Shown piece after piece: positions 37,748-46,786 of a stretch of 64,000 bases of DNA. Position numbers and translations under genes: made by a program. The notes beneath the pieces were generated by a model. That model made no database searches. It had not been told where the DNA came from and saw nothing but the letters and a program-made list of their open reading frames with translations. How positions within the stretch are numbered: the stretch's first letter is position 1; every line of letters starts with the position of its first letter. The stretch spans positions 608,001 through 672,000 of the forward strand of contig OX638340.1 of the NCBI GenBank assembly GCA_951812955.1, in the 5' to 3' direction. This DNA is from an uncultured Gemmatimonadota bacterium (GTDB lineage: Bacteria; JAAXHH01).

Positions 37748-38845
37748 CTACTTCCTGCTTCCCGCGTAAAAAGGCAGATTCACCACCTCGGCCGGGATGT
37801 GCCTGCCCCTTATAGTCACCGCCAGGACCGTGCCGGGTTCCGCCCGATCAACGGACACGAACCCCGTCCCGATTCCATGTCCCAGCGTGGGCGAAATCGC
37901 GCCGCTGACGACTTGCCCCACCGGGCTTCCGTCGTGAACGATCTCATATCCCTGCCTGGGTATTCCCCTTTCCTGCATCCTCAGCCCGACCAGTTTTCGT
38001 TTCACGCCTGCTCGTTTGAGACGCTTGAGGGCATCCCGTCCGGTAAACGCTGGTTTCTTCAGCCTGACCGTCCATCCCAGACCGGCTTCGAACGGATTGA
38101 TCGATTCGTCGATCTCGTGTCCGTACAGCGCGAGTCCGGCTTCCAGTCGAAGGGTATCTCTTGCCCCCAGGCCGCACGGCTGCAATCCTGCCGAAGCACC
38201 GGAATCCATCAGGAGGTCCCATAGCGCGGCGGCATGCTCGGCCGGATACCAGATTTCGAAACCGTCCTCGCCCGTGTATCCGGTCCGAAACACCCTGGCT
38301 TCAATTCCCCCTATGCGGGTTACAACGAATTCCTGAAACCTTAGCGCGTCCAATCCGGCCTCCGTCAGCGGATCGAGTATTTCCTCGCTGCGGGGTCCCT
38401 GCAACGCGATGAGCATACTCTCCTCGCTCAGATCGCGTATTTCGACGTTGTACGCGGAGACGGACCGGCGAAACCAGGCAAGGTCCTTTTCCCTGTTGCC
38501 CGCGTTGGGAATGACCAGCAGACGGTCCGGCATCCGGTAAACCAGGAAATCATCGATTACGCCGCCGTCGTCAGCGCAGGCCAGGGTATACTGTGACCGA
38601 AAGGGCTTGAGCCGTTCGACGTCGTTTACCGTAATGCGATTCACGAAGTCCACGGCGTCCGGCCCGCATATCTCGACGCGGCCCATGTGGGAAACGTCGA
38701 ACAGGCCGGCCCGGGTGCGAACCGCGTGATGTTCAGTCAGAATCCCCTCGTACTGAACCGGCATCTCCCAGCCGCTGAACGGCACCAGTTTCGCACCCAG
38801 GTCCATGTGGCGCCCATACAGCGCGGTTCTGCGTAGTTCCGACAT
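37748..38845 (-). CDS. gcvT: Glycine cleavage system T protein (aminomethyltransferase). No gcvH or gcvP is adjacent.
   Basis: GcvT blocks GWEMPVQYEGILTEHHAVRTRAGLFDVSHMGRVEI and FRTGYTGEDGFEIW. 365 aa. Confidence 0.85.
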   Translation of the reverse strand: MSELRRTALYGRHMDLGAKLVPFSGWEMPVQYEGILTEHHAVRTRAGLFDVSHMGRVEICGPDAVDFVNRITVNDVERLKPFRSQYTLACADDGGVIDDFLVYRMPDRLLVIPNAGNREKDLAWFRRSVSAYNVEIRDLSEESMLIALQGPRSEEILDPLTEAGLDALRFQEFVVTRIGGIEARVFRTGYTGEDGFEIWYPAEHAAALWDLLMDSGASAGLQPCGLGARDTLRLEAGLALYGHEIDESINPFEAGLGWTVRLKKPAFTGRDALKRLKRAGVKRKLVGLRMQERGIPRQGYEIVHDGSPVGQVVSGAISPTLGHGIGTGFVSVDRAEPGTVLAVTIRGRHIPAEVVNLPFYAGSRK

Positions 38846-38897
38846 GAGATGCTCCCGGCGTCTGAGATGCTCCCGGCGATTGAGATGCTCCCGGCGT
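38844..38897. repeat. Perfect 18-bp tandem repeat x3 (TGAGATGCTCCCGGCG + 2 nt). It directly abuts, and includes, the gcvT ribosome-binding site and start codon.
   Basis: Plus strand: tgagatgctcccggcgtc tgagatgctcccggcgat tgagatgctcccggcgtt. On the gcvT mRNA this gives three copies of CGCCGGGAGCAUCUCA, the last immediately followed by the AUG. Confidence 0.9.
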
Positions 38898-39053
38898 TAA
38901 TACACAACGTTCACCCCTCGCATTTAACGCACGGTCCTTTGACGGTGTCAATACAAAAACGAGATTCGTGATGCGTTTCCGACTGATTGGGACAGACGGA
39001 TATCGCAGGTCAACGAACACGCGTCATCTATCATCAGAAGGAATAACCCGATC

Positions 39054-40841
39054 ATGATAAGAAAACACCATTTTGCCGTCACTGCACTATGCCTGTGTCT
39101 CACCGGAAAAGCCGCGGGTTCGGATGTCGTTATATCGGAGGTCCTGGCCGATCCTCATACAGAATCAAAAGGCGAGTTTGTCGAACTCTACAACGCGGGA
39201 GACGAACCGGTTGATCTCGACGGATGGCCCCTCGGTGATTCAAGGGATGTGAACGATACGATCATGGACTTCACCGGCCCACATGACATCGGCCTCGCAG
39301 GTACCGTACTGGCGCCGGGTGCATACGCGCTCGTCGTGGATCCTGATTACGAAGGAGCATACAACGTCCGGGTCGGCGTGGAAGGCGATCCCGCGAGCCT
39401 CCTTATGCTGACGGTCAAGGGCGACCGTACCCTTGGCAATGGGCTCGGCAACAGCCAGGACCTGGTCTTCATAAAGAAAGACGATATCACGATCGACCAG
39501 TTCGCATGGACCGAATCGGCGGGCGGTAACGGCATCTCCTGGGAGCGGACGCGATTGGACTTGCCCGTGGATGCAGCCAATCTCTTGTCGTCCGAACATC
39601 CCGATGGTTCGACTCCGGGGTTCAGAAACAGCACGTCGAACGATCCGCCTGCCGCACCGGAGCCGGAGGAACCCGGGGAACCGATCGTTCCAGAAGAACC
39701 GCATGAACCTGGCGGACCGGAGGACCCCGCCGAACCGACGGAGCCGGAAACGCCCACCGGGCCTGTTGATCCCGCCGAACCGGACGAGCCTGTCGAGCCC
39801 GGGGAGCCCGACCAGCCTGCTGAACCGACGGAACCCGGGGTGCCCGGGGATCCGGACGAGCCTGTCGAGCCCGGTGAGCCCGACGAACCGAACGAGCCTG
39901 TCGAGCCCGACGAGCCTGCTGAACCGCAGGAGCCCATGGACCCCGAAAAAACCGACGGGCCGACGGAGCCGGAAACGCCCACCGGGCCCGTTGATCCGTC
40001 GGAACCGATGCCTCCTCAGAACGCCGACCGGTCCTTGGAAAACGTGTTTATCAATGAAATCATGTTCAACCCGGGTCCGAACCGAACAGAATGGATTGAA
40101 TTACACAACAGGGGAAGGACCGAGATTGATCTTGCCGGCAGTATGCTGAGGCTGGATCACGTTGACCGGACGCGGCTCATTTCCTCGGATCGCCTCGTGA
40201 TCGAAGGCCAGGGGTTTCTCGTCATTGCGCACGACGCGGTCCTGTTCCATGAGACGTATCCCGGATTCGCAGGAATCGCGGTGGAAGCGGTGGGCGGTTG
40301 GGAGCGACTCCGAAACAGCGGTGCAAGGTTGTTGCTCCTGGATGCAGGTGGCAAAACCATACACGATGCGGAGTACGACGAGGAATCAAATCCCGATCCA
40401 GGCCGTTCCGTGGAACTGGTAAACCCGGACTTCGAGCCACAGATCTGGGGGCCTTCTGCCGATCCCGAAGGGAGCACTCCGGGCCGGAGGAACGCGCTGA
40501 ATGTAACTCATATCCCCGACGGAGTTTCGCTCCACGTCGCCAACAATCCATTCTCCCCGGATGGCGACAATTATGAGGACATTTGCCTGGTGACTGTTGA
40601 ACTGCCCGCATCCCACGGCATTCTGCATGCCATGGTTTTCGATATCAGCGGTCGATTTCTCAAAACGCTCATTAATCAGACTGCCGTAGCCAGCCGGCAT
40701 GTATTCTCCTGGGACGGAACGGATCAACACGGACGCAGCCTGCCCGTCGGTCCGTACATTCTATACGTGGAACAGATGCTGCCCACACTCGACAGGCTGA
40801 CGGCTTCCAAGCACGTGGTTGTGATCGCATCTTCGCCATGA
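39054..40841 (+). CDS. Secreted multidomain protein: signal peptide, lamin-tail domain (LTD), Pro/Glu-rich (EPxEP) repetitive linker, second LTD, and a C-terminal FlgD-Ig-like / T9SS-type (Por) sorting domain.
   Basis: Signal peptide MIRKHHFAVTALCLCLTGKAAG. LTD motifs VVISEVLADP...EFVELYN and VFINEIMFNPG...EWIELHN. A linker of about 110 aa built of PEP/EPT repeats, with a duplicated segment PTEPETPTGPVDP. C-terminus NPFSPDGDNYEDICLVTVELP...VFDISGRFLKTLIN...WDGTDQHGRSLPVGPYILYV. Confidence 0.7.
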   Translation: MIRKHHFAVTALCLCLTGKAAGSDVVISEVLADPHTESKGEFVELYNAGDEPVDLDGWPLGDSRDVNDTIMDFTGPHDIGLAGTVLAPGAYALVVDPDYEGAYNVRVGVEGDPASLLMLTVKGDRTLGNGLGNSQDLVFIKKDDITIDQFAWTESAGGNGISWERTRLDLPVDAANLLSSEHPDGSTPGFRNSTSNDPPAAPEPEEPGEPIVPEEPHEPGGPEDPAEPTEPETPTGPVDPAEPDEPVEPGEPDQPAEPTEPGVPGDPDEPVEPGEPDEPNEPVEPDEPAEPQEPMDPEKTDGPTEPETPTGPVDPSEPMPPQNADRSLENVFINEIMFNPGPNRTEWIELHNRGRTEIDLAGSMLRLDHVDRTRLISSDRLVIEGQGFLVIAHDAVLFHETYPGFAGIAVEAVGGWERLRNSGARLLLLDAGGKTIHDAEYDEESNPDPGRSVELVNPDFEPQIWGPSADPEGSTPGRRNALNVTHIPDGVSLHVANNPFSPDGDNYEDICLVTVELPASHGILHAMVFDISGRFLKTLINQTAVASRHVFSWDGTDQHGRSLPVGPYILYVEQMLPTLDRLTASKHVVVIASSP

Positions 40842-40957
40842 ACAGCCGGATATTCTACTTGACACGGGCTATCAGTGTCCCTTGATTTACAGTGGCTCCA
40901 CGCAAAAATGCTGCTGAACGCCAAGAGCTGAATCGGGTCGCGTACAGAGATAGCTAC

Positions 40958-41905
40958 ATGAACAATATCGTGGTTTTCAGCGGCTCTTCCCATCCTGCTC
41001 TTTCGGAAGAGGTATGCCACTGCCTGAACGTGCCGCTGAGAGCCAGTACCCTGACACGGTTCAGCAATGATTGCCTCCAGGTCCAGTTGAATGCGAACTG
41101 CCGCGAAGGTGATGTTTACATCATCCAGCCGCTGGGTCCCCCCGTGCAGGAAAACCTGGTTGAGCTGCTGTTGATGCTGGATGCCGCGCGCGGTGCGTCA
41201 GCGGCTCGCACCACCGCCGTCCTTCCTTATTACTCCTACTCGAGATCCGACAAGAAGGATGCGCCCCGAATTTCCATCGCTGGACGCCTGGTGGCCGATC
41301 TGCTGGGCACGGCTGGAGCCAATCGCATACTCACGCTGCAAATGCATCAACCGCAGGTACACGGTTTTTTCAGTATACCGGTGGATCATTTGAACGCGAT
41401 CAAAGTCCTTGCCCAACATTTCCAGCAGCGGGATCTGAGCAATACGGTCGTGGTGTCGCCGGACCTGGGTAACGCAAAGAACGCTGCCCATTTCGCGCGG
41501 CAACTGATGCTGCCGGTTGCGGCGGGCAACAAGCGCCGCATATCGGACGAAAAGGTCGTGATCGACATGATTGTGGGCGATGTTACCGGCAAAAACGCGA
41601 TCATCATGGACGATGAGGTCGCGACCGGCGGCAGCATCATCGAGCTGATCCAACGGCTGGAGGAACGCGACGTACAAAAGGTGTCCGTCGCATGTACACA
41701 CGGTGTGTTCAGCGGAAAGGCTATAGAGAGATTCGCAAACTGTTCCCGGATCGATGAGATTGTCACGACCAACACGGTTCCAATAGGCGAAGACAAGCGA
41801 CTTCCCAATATGGTGATTCTATCCGTCGCTTCATTATTGGCCGAGACGATTCGAAGAATCCATAACGGAGAATCGGTGAGCAGCCTGTTTGCCGATACGA
41901 TGTAG
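40958..41905 (+). CDS. prs: Ribose-phosphate pyrophosphokinase (PRPP synthetase).
   Basis: Prs blocks NIVVFSGSSHP, PYYSYSRSDKK, DLGNAKNA, IIMDDEVATGGS. Start at the internal ATG (MNNIVVF). Confidence 0.9.
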   Translation: MNNIVVFSGSSHPALSEEVCHCLNVPLRASTLTRFSNDCLQVQLNANCREGDVYIIQPLGPPVQENLVELLLMLDAARGASAARTTAVLPYYSYSRSDKKDAPRISIAGRLVADLLGTAGANRILTLQMHQPQVHGFFSIPVDHLNAIKVLAQHFQQRDLSNTVVVSPDLGNAKNAAHFARQLMLPVAAGNKRRISDEKVVIDMIVGDVTGKNAIIMDDEVATGGSIIELIQRLEERDVQKVSVACTHGVFSGKAIERFANCSRIDEIVTTNTVPIGEDKRLPNMVILSVASLLAETIRRIHNGESVSSLFADTM

Positions 41906-42001
41906 TTTCCGGCCGGAGGGGTTTCTCCCGGATTGCCGCCCAACGCGGAAAACCGGTCGGAATACCGAACGCGGGATTAACCAGTTTCATGGAGGAAAAG
42001 G

Positions 42002-43120
42002 ATGGATAAGATCAAACGGCGCGAGTTTCTGAAGACGGCATCAACGGCTGGATTGGCCGGTGGTGCCGCGCTTGTTGCTGGTTGCGGGTCCGGACAGGAA
42101 AACAGCGGTCCCGCCATCCGCACGGATAAGAACTACGAATGGAAGATGGTCACTACCTGGACGCCGAATTTACCCATATTGCAGGAGAGTGCGCGGCTGT
42201 TTGCAGAATGGGTGGAGGAAATGTCCGAGGGACGAATGAAGATTACGGTGTATGCGGGTGGCGAGTTGATTCCAGCCCTTGAAGGATTCGAAGCGGTGAG
42301 CCAGGGGGTGGCGGAGTTGGGACACGGCGCCTCGTACTACTGGGCGGGGAAAGCGCCTGCCACCCAGTTCTTCTCGTCGGTACCCTTCGGTATGAACGCG
42401 CAACAGGTTACGGCCTGGCTTTACAGTGGAGGCGGTTTGAAGCTGTGGGAGGAAATCTACGCCCCCTTCAACCTGATACCCATGCCCGCGGGCAATACCG
42501 GATTCCAGATGGGCGGCTGGTTCAGGAAGGAAATCAACACGGCCGACGATCTGCGCGGACTGAAAATGCGCATACCAGGCCTTGGAGGAGACGTGATCAA
42601 GCGGGCGGGTGGTTCTGCCATTTTATCACCCGTTGGAGAGATCTACACCAACCTCGAACGCGGCGTAATCGACGCGACCGAATGGATCGGTCCCTACCAC
42701 GATTACCTCATGGGTTTTTACAGAGCGGCGCAGTACTACTACTATCCGGGATGGCACGAGCCGGGAACCGTGACGGAACTCATGGTCAATAAAAGCGCCT
42801 TCGAGGAACTTCCCGCATATCTGCAGACGGTGATCCGGACCGCGGCGGCCCGCTCGACGCACTGGGTGCTTTCCGAATTCGATGCCAGGAACAACGAATA
42901 CCTTCAGAAACTGATCAACGAAGAAGGGGTACAGCTTCGGCGCTTTCCGGATGCCGTACTAACGACACTCAAGGGTTACTCGGAGGAAGTCATCGCCCAG
43001 TTGATCGAAACCGACGAAGACAGCAAGAAGGTGTACGAATCCTTCACGACTTTTCGGAAGACAGTCAGCGGCTGGACGGACCTTGGGGAGAAGATCTACT
43101 ACTCGGGAGCGATGGGATAG
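42002..43120 (+). CDS. DctP-type TRAP transporter solute-binding protein with a Tat/lipoprotein signal. Orphan: no dctQ or dctM adjacent.
   Basis: RREFLKTASTAGLAGGAALVAGCGS (Tat motif plus lipobox Cys). DctP-type fold blocks. 372 aa. Confidence 0.75.
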   Translation: MDKIKRREFLKTASTAGLAGGAALVAGCGSGQENSGPAIRTDKNYEWKMVTTWTPNLPILQESARLFAEWVEEMSEGRMKITVYAGGELIPALEGFEAVSQGVAELGHGASYYWAGKAPATQFFSSVPFGMNAQQVTAWLYSGGGLKLWEEIYAPFNLIPMPAGNTGFQMGGWFRKEINTADDLRGLKMRIPGLGGDVIKRAGGSAILSPVGEIYTNLERGVIDATEWIGPYHDYLMGFYRAAQYYYYPGWHEPGTVTELMVNKSAFEELPAYLQTVIRTAAARSTHWVLSEFDARNNEYLQKLINEEGVQLRRFPDAVLTTLKGYSEEVIAQLIETDEDSKKVYESFTTFRKTVSGWTDLGEKIYYSGAMG

Positions 43121-43173
43121 GCTGGGACCATAAGCGGAAACGGTAACGTCCGCTGGGACATCTTCCGGCCGAA

Positions 43174-43887
43174 TCATTCGAAGACGCCTGCAATTCGGGC
43201 TATCCACCCGGTCGATGCGTCACAGTACAACAGGTCGTTGCCGCATCGCGCCAAACCGTGCGGTTCCGGAAGGTCCGGAGCGATTTGTATCTCGTCGCGC
43301 ACATCACCGGTTTCGATGTCCAGTTTGGCAACGACACGGTCCATCTTGAAGACCATCCACAGGGCATCGTCCTCGGTCCTTACGACACCGTGACCGGCGT
43401 CGTAAGGCAGTGGGATGACCCTTTTTACCGACCAGTCCGGGATACGGACCTGGGTGAGTGTTTTTTCCTTGAGCGTGCTCAGCCAGATCGTGCCCGTTTC
43501 CACTGAATCATAATCCAGGCCATGGGTGCCGCCAGGCGCGGGAAGCGATCGGCGAAGCAGCGTTGCTCCTGTCAGGGGATCGACCTTGAGGATCTCGCCC
43601 GTACCGGACGGGGCATCCGTATGCTTCGGGAAGCGCCACCGTTCGCCCGGTCCGTTCGCGGCCAGCCAGAGACCGCCCTCGCCAAACGACATACCGCTTG
43701 TATTGGAAGATTCCGTAGGCAACTCGCGGATTATCCTGGAGACTCCGTACTCGTGGGGGGCTTCAAGGGCCAGTAGCGCTACTCGATCGGTTAATTGATC
43801 CACGACCCACAGGCCTTCATCGGTGACCTGCAGTCCATTGGGCGCTCCGTAAGGCGCGCGCATGTAACGGGTGATTTCGGGATTCAT
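43174..43887 (-). CDS. Small beta-propeller protein (SMP-30/gluconolactonase-like or NHL-repeat-like). Function unknown.
   Basis: 237 aa. PNGLQVTDEGLWVVDQ and repeated Gly/Asp-rich strands. No signal peptide. Weak assignment. Confidence 0.35.
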   Translation of the reverse strand: MNPEITRYMRAPYGAPNGLQVTDEGLWVVDQLTDRVALLALEAPHEYGVSRIIRELPTESSNTSGMSFGEGGLWLAANGPGERWRFPKHTDAPSGTGEILKVDPLTGATLLRRSLPAPGGTHGLDYDSVETGTIWLSTLKEKTLTQVRIPDWSVKRVIPLPYDAGHGVVRTEDDALWMVFKMDRVVAKLDIETGDVRDEIQIAPDLPEPHGLARCGNDLLYCDASTGWIARIAGVFE

Positions 43888-43979
43888 GGAATGTTCCGTG
43901 GTTATTGACGCTCGACATTAGATTCCAGGTGCTTCATACGCCCGGATGCCCGACCTGATATTGCACTCGTATGTCCTGG

Positions 43980-44948
43980 TTACTTTCGATCCTTGAGACG
44001 GGTCCAGCCTCTACCCGGGTTATATGGCTTCGCTTCGTGAAAACGGTCTCGTAATTCCTTGAAAGCGTCGGGCGTTCTGACCTCCCGTTCGGGATGACTC
44101 GAATCCCTGATTACGAAGTCCGCCTCGCTCGGATAGCAGGCCATGGTTACCGGGTCCCGTTCCGGAGTATAGGATTCCGGATCCTCCTCCGCGTTATTCG
44201 GCGCATCCATGGACTGATATCTAAGGTCCACGCTCCAGCGTACGATATCGGACCGGTTCACGAAGGAGGCATGAGGCGTCAGATTAGTCATGAACAGGAC
44301 GTCGCCCAGTTTCATCTGCAAAGGTACGGGATCGCGCCCGGGCAATTCGTCGGCCGGGATTTCCAGGTAGCCGCCGTGCCCACCGGTGTAATGTTTGAAT
44401 ACACCATTTTCATGGGCGCGCGGAATCACGTACAGACAGCCGTTTTCTACCGTCGTATCAACCAGCGGGATCCAACAGGTCACGATAAGGTACCGGTCGC
44501 AGTGGGGCAGGAAATAACCCGAGTCCTGGTGCCAGGGTACTTCCGTTCTCGTGTATTCCGGGATCTTCGGACGAATTCTGTACGCGGAAGCGCCCACGAT
44601 GTCCGGCCCGACCAGGTCGTTAACACAATCTACCAGGTTGTCGTTCCGCAACAGACCGAGCATCTCTTCCCCGCTGAATCCGCCCCCTCCCCGTCCCATG
44701 ATCATCTTCATGATCTCCTGCCCGGCTTCTTCGGATTCTTCGTATACACGCGCGAGACGGGTCTCGAATCCTGATGCTTCGTACAGATCGGACAACTTTC
44801 CTTCGCGGTGCAGACGGTGCGCTCCGTCTGCCACTATTTCGCCCAACGCGGCAATCAACGGCCGCAGTTCATCCCGCTCCAGCAGTCCTTCTTTGACCAG
44901 ATATCCCTGCGTGTTGAAATGTGCGATTTCCGTTTGTGCAAGTCCCAT
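43980..44948 (-). CDS. PhyH-family Fe(II)/2-oxoglutarate dioxygenase (paralog 4).
   Basis: WHQDSGYF (HxD), distal LTPHASF. 322 aa. Confidence 0.7.
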   Translation of the reverse strand: MGLAQTEIAHFNTQGYLVKEGLLERDELRPLIAALGEIVADGAHRLHREGKLSDLYEASGFETRLARVYEESEEAGQEIMKMIMGRGGGGFSGEEMLGLLRNDNLVDCVNDLVGPDIVGASAYRIRPKIPEYTRTEVPWHQDSGYFLPHCDRYLIVTCWIPLVDTTVENGCLYVIPRAHENGVFKHYTGGHGGYLEIPADELPGRDPVPLQMKLGDVLFMTNLTPHASFVNRSDIVRWSVDLRYQSMDAPNNAEEDPESYTPERDPVTMACYPSEADFVIRDSSHPEREVRTPDAFKELRDRFHEAKPYNPGRGWTRLKDRK

Positions 44949-45025
44949 GGTGCCTCTCGCTTCTCAAATGTACAGCGCGCGGTGCGCCAGGAAACCCGTC
45001 CGGCGGCTTACTGGCGTACCGAGCT

Positions 45026-46786
45026 TCAGATTCGCATCAGGTCAGAAACGTCCAATTCAGTTCTGGGCTGGTAGGGTTTGAGAAAACGCATGATCTCTTC
45101 CGACGTGGGCAGGTCCAGGGCTTCGCGGGTTATGGTCTTGAGCTCCTCATAGTCCGCCGAACGGATAAGGCTCTTGATCTCGGGGATATCGATCGGACTC
45201 ATTGAAAGCTCGTCAACGCCTAAACCCAACAGTATGCAGGCTGCAAGCGGATGAGCCGCCATGGCGCCGCAGACACCTACCCAGATATCGTTGTCGTGTG
45301 CGGCATCGATAATCGATGCGACCAGGCGGAGAACCGCCGGGTGGCATGGATTATACAGGGAGGCGATGCTCGGATTGCCCCGATCGGCCGCTACCGTGTA
45401 CTGGATCAGGTCGTTCGTGCCGATGCTGAAAAAGTCCACTTCCTTCGCCAGATCCTGGGCCGTCAGCGCGGCCGAAGGGATTTCGACCATGATCCCGATC
45501 GACATCGATTGATCGACAGGCACACCCGCCTCCAGCAACTCGTCCCTCGCTTCGTTAAAAAGTACCTTTGCCCTTCGGAGTTCATTTAATCCGGATATCA
45601 TTGGAAACATCAGACTTACGTTACCCTCTACACTGGCCCTCAGGATGGCTCGTAACTGTACCTTGAACATTTCCGGCCGATCAAGGCAGAGCCGGATGCC
45701 CCGTTGTCCAAGGGCGGGATTGGCTTCGTCAGGCATCTGTTTGGGCATCTTGTCCGCACCGAGATCCAGCGTGCGTATAATCACGGCATGCGGGGCCATG
45801 CGCTGGGCGATTTTCAGATAAGTCCGGGTCTGTTCATCTTCGGAAGGCAATTCGTTACCCACCAGGTACAGGAATTCGGTACGATACAGGCCGATCCCGT
45901 CCGCACCGTGATTCAAGACGTCTTCCAATTCAGCCGGCAGCTCGATATTGGCCGAAAGCTCGATGCGCCTGCCGTCCCGCGTCTCTGCCGGCAGGTCATG
46001 GAGCTCCTGCAGTTCATGCTCCAAAACTGATAACTGGGATTTCGTTTCCCTGTACCGGCTGATCGTTTCCGGATCCGGATCGAGATGGACCAGCCCGCTG
46101 TTGCCGTCGATAATGATCGTCATTCCGTCTGAAATTTCCTGCGTGGCGATGTTCGCGCCTACCACCGCCGGCACGGCCAGACCGCGGGCGACGATCGCCG
46201 TATGGGACGTCTGGCCTCCGGCGTCGGTGATGAAGCCGCACACCGCGTCGCGATCGATTTCCGCGGTGTCCGAAGGGGACAGGCTGTGGGCTACGAGCAC
46301 AGTCTCTCCCTTCATGTTCTCGATCTCCGTGTGCGCGCTACCCGTGAGCTTGGCCAACACCCGGTAGTGAACGTCTTCGAAATCTGCGGTCCGTTCTCGG
46401 AAGAATGGATTCGCAATGGAGGAGTAGCTGGCAATCCATCCTCGCATCACATCGTCGAAAACATACTCCGCGTTGGCCTTCTCCCGACGAATACGCACGA
46501 TGGTGACATCGACGACCTCCGGATCTTCAAGCACGGCCTGGTGGGTACGGAAGATCTTCAGGATGTCCTGGTCGATATCTACCGCGATGCGGCGCTGCAG
46601 TTGGGTCAGGTCGTCCAGGGCCTCATCGACCGCGGTCTTGAAGCGCTTGATTTCCGCTTCAACTTTGTCAGAGGAAATCTGACGCTGGTGAATGGCGGCG
46701 AAGCGGCGATTGTAAACTAAAGCGCGGCCGATGGCTATGCCTGGTGATGCCGGAATGCCTTTCAGCACGCGGTGCTCATCGCTCAT
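45026..46786 (-). CDS. ptsI: PTS Enzyme I (phosphoenolpyruvate-protein phosphotransferase).
   Basis: GGQTSHTAIVARGLAVPAVVG (phospho-His region) and the PEP-utilising TIM-barrel blocks. 586 aa. Confidence 0.9.
   Translation of the reverse strand: MSDEHRVLKGIPASPGIAIGRALVYNRRFAAIHQRQISSDKVEAEIKRFKTAVDEALDDLTQLQRRIAVDIDQDILKIFRTHQAVLEDPEVVDVTIVRIRREKANAEYVFDDVMRGWIASYSSIANPFFRERTADFEDVHYRVLAKLTGSAHTEIENMKGETVLVAHSLSPSDTAEIDRDAVCGFITDAGGQTSHTAIVARGLAVPAVVGANIATQEISDGMTIIIDGNSGLVHLDPDPETISRYRETKSQLSVLEHELQELHDLPAETRDGRRIELSANIELPAELEDVLNHGADGIGLYRTEFLYLVGNELPSEDEQTRTYLKIAQRMAPHAVIIRTLDLGADKMPKQMPDEANPALGQRGIRLCLDRPEMFKVQLRAILRASVEGNVSLMFPMISGLNELRRAKVLFNEARDELLEAGVPVDQSMSIGIMVEIPSAALTAQDLAKEVDFFSIGTNDLIQYTVAADRGNPSIASLYNPCHPAVLRLVASIIDAAHDNDIWVGVCGAMAAHPLAACILLGLGVDELSMSPIDIPEIKSLIRSADYEELKTITREALDLPTSEEIMRFLKPYQPRTELDVSDLMRI

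Noticed and set aside
38846-38970. Short plus-strand ORF MLPASEMLPAIEMLPAL... created by the 18-bp repeats
   Set aside because: A product of the repeat array, which is antisense to the gcvT 5' end. About 40 aa, with no RBS or conservation signal.
38898-39053. Possible glycine riboswitch upstream of gcvT
   Set aside because: I looked for the conserved GGAGAG / ACCGAAGGGGCAA cores on the minus strand and did not see them. Without a covariance-model search this stays a negative by eye only.
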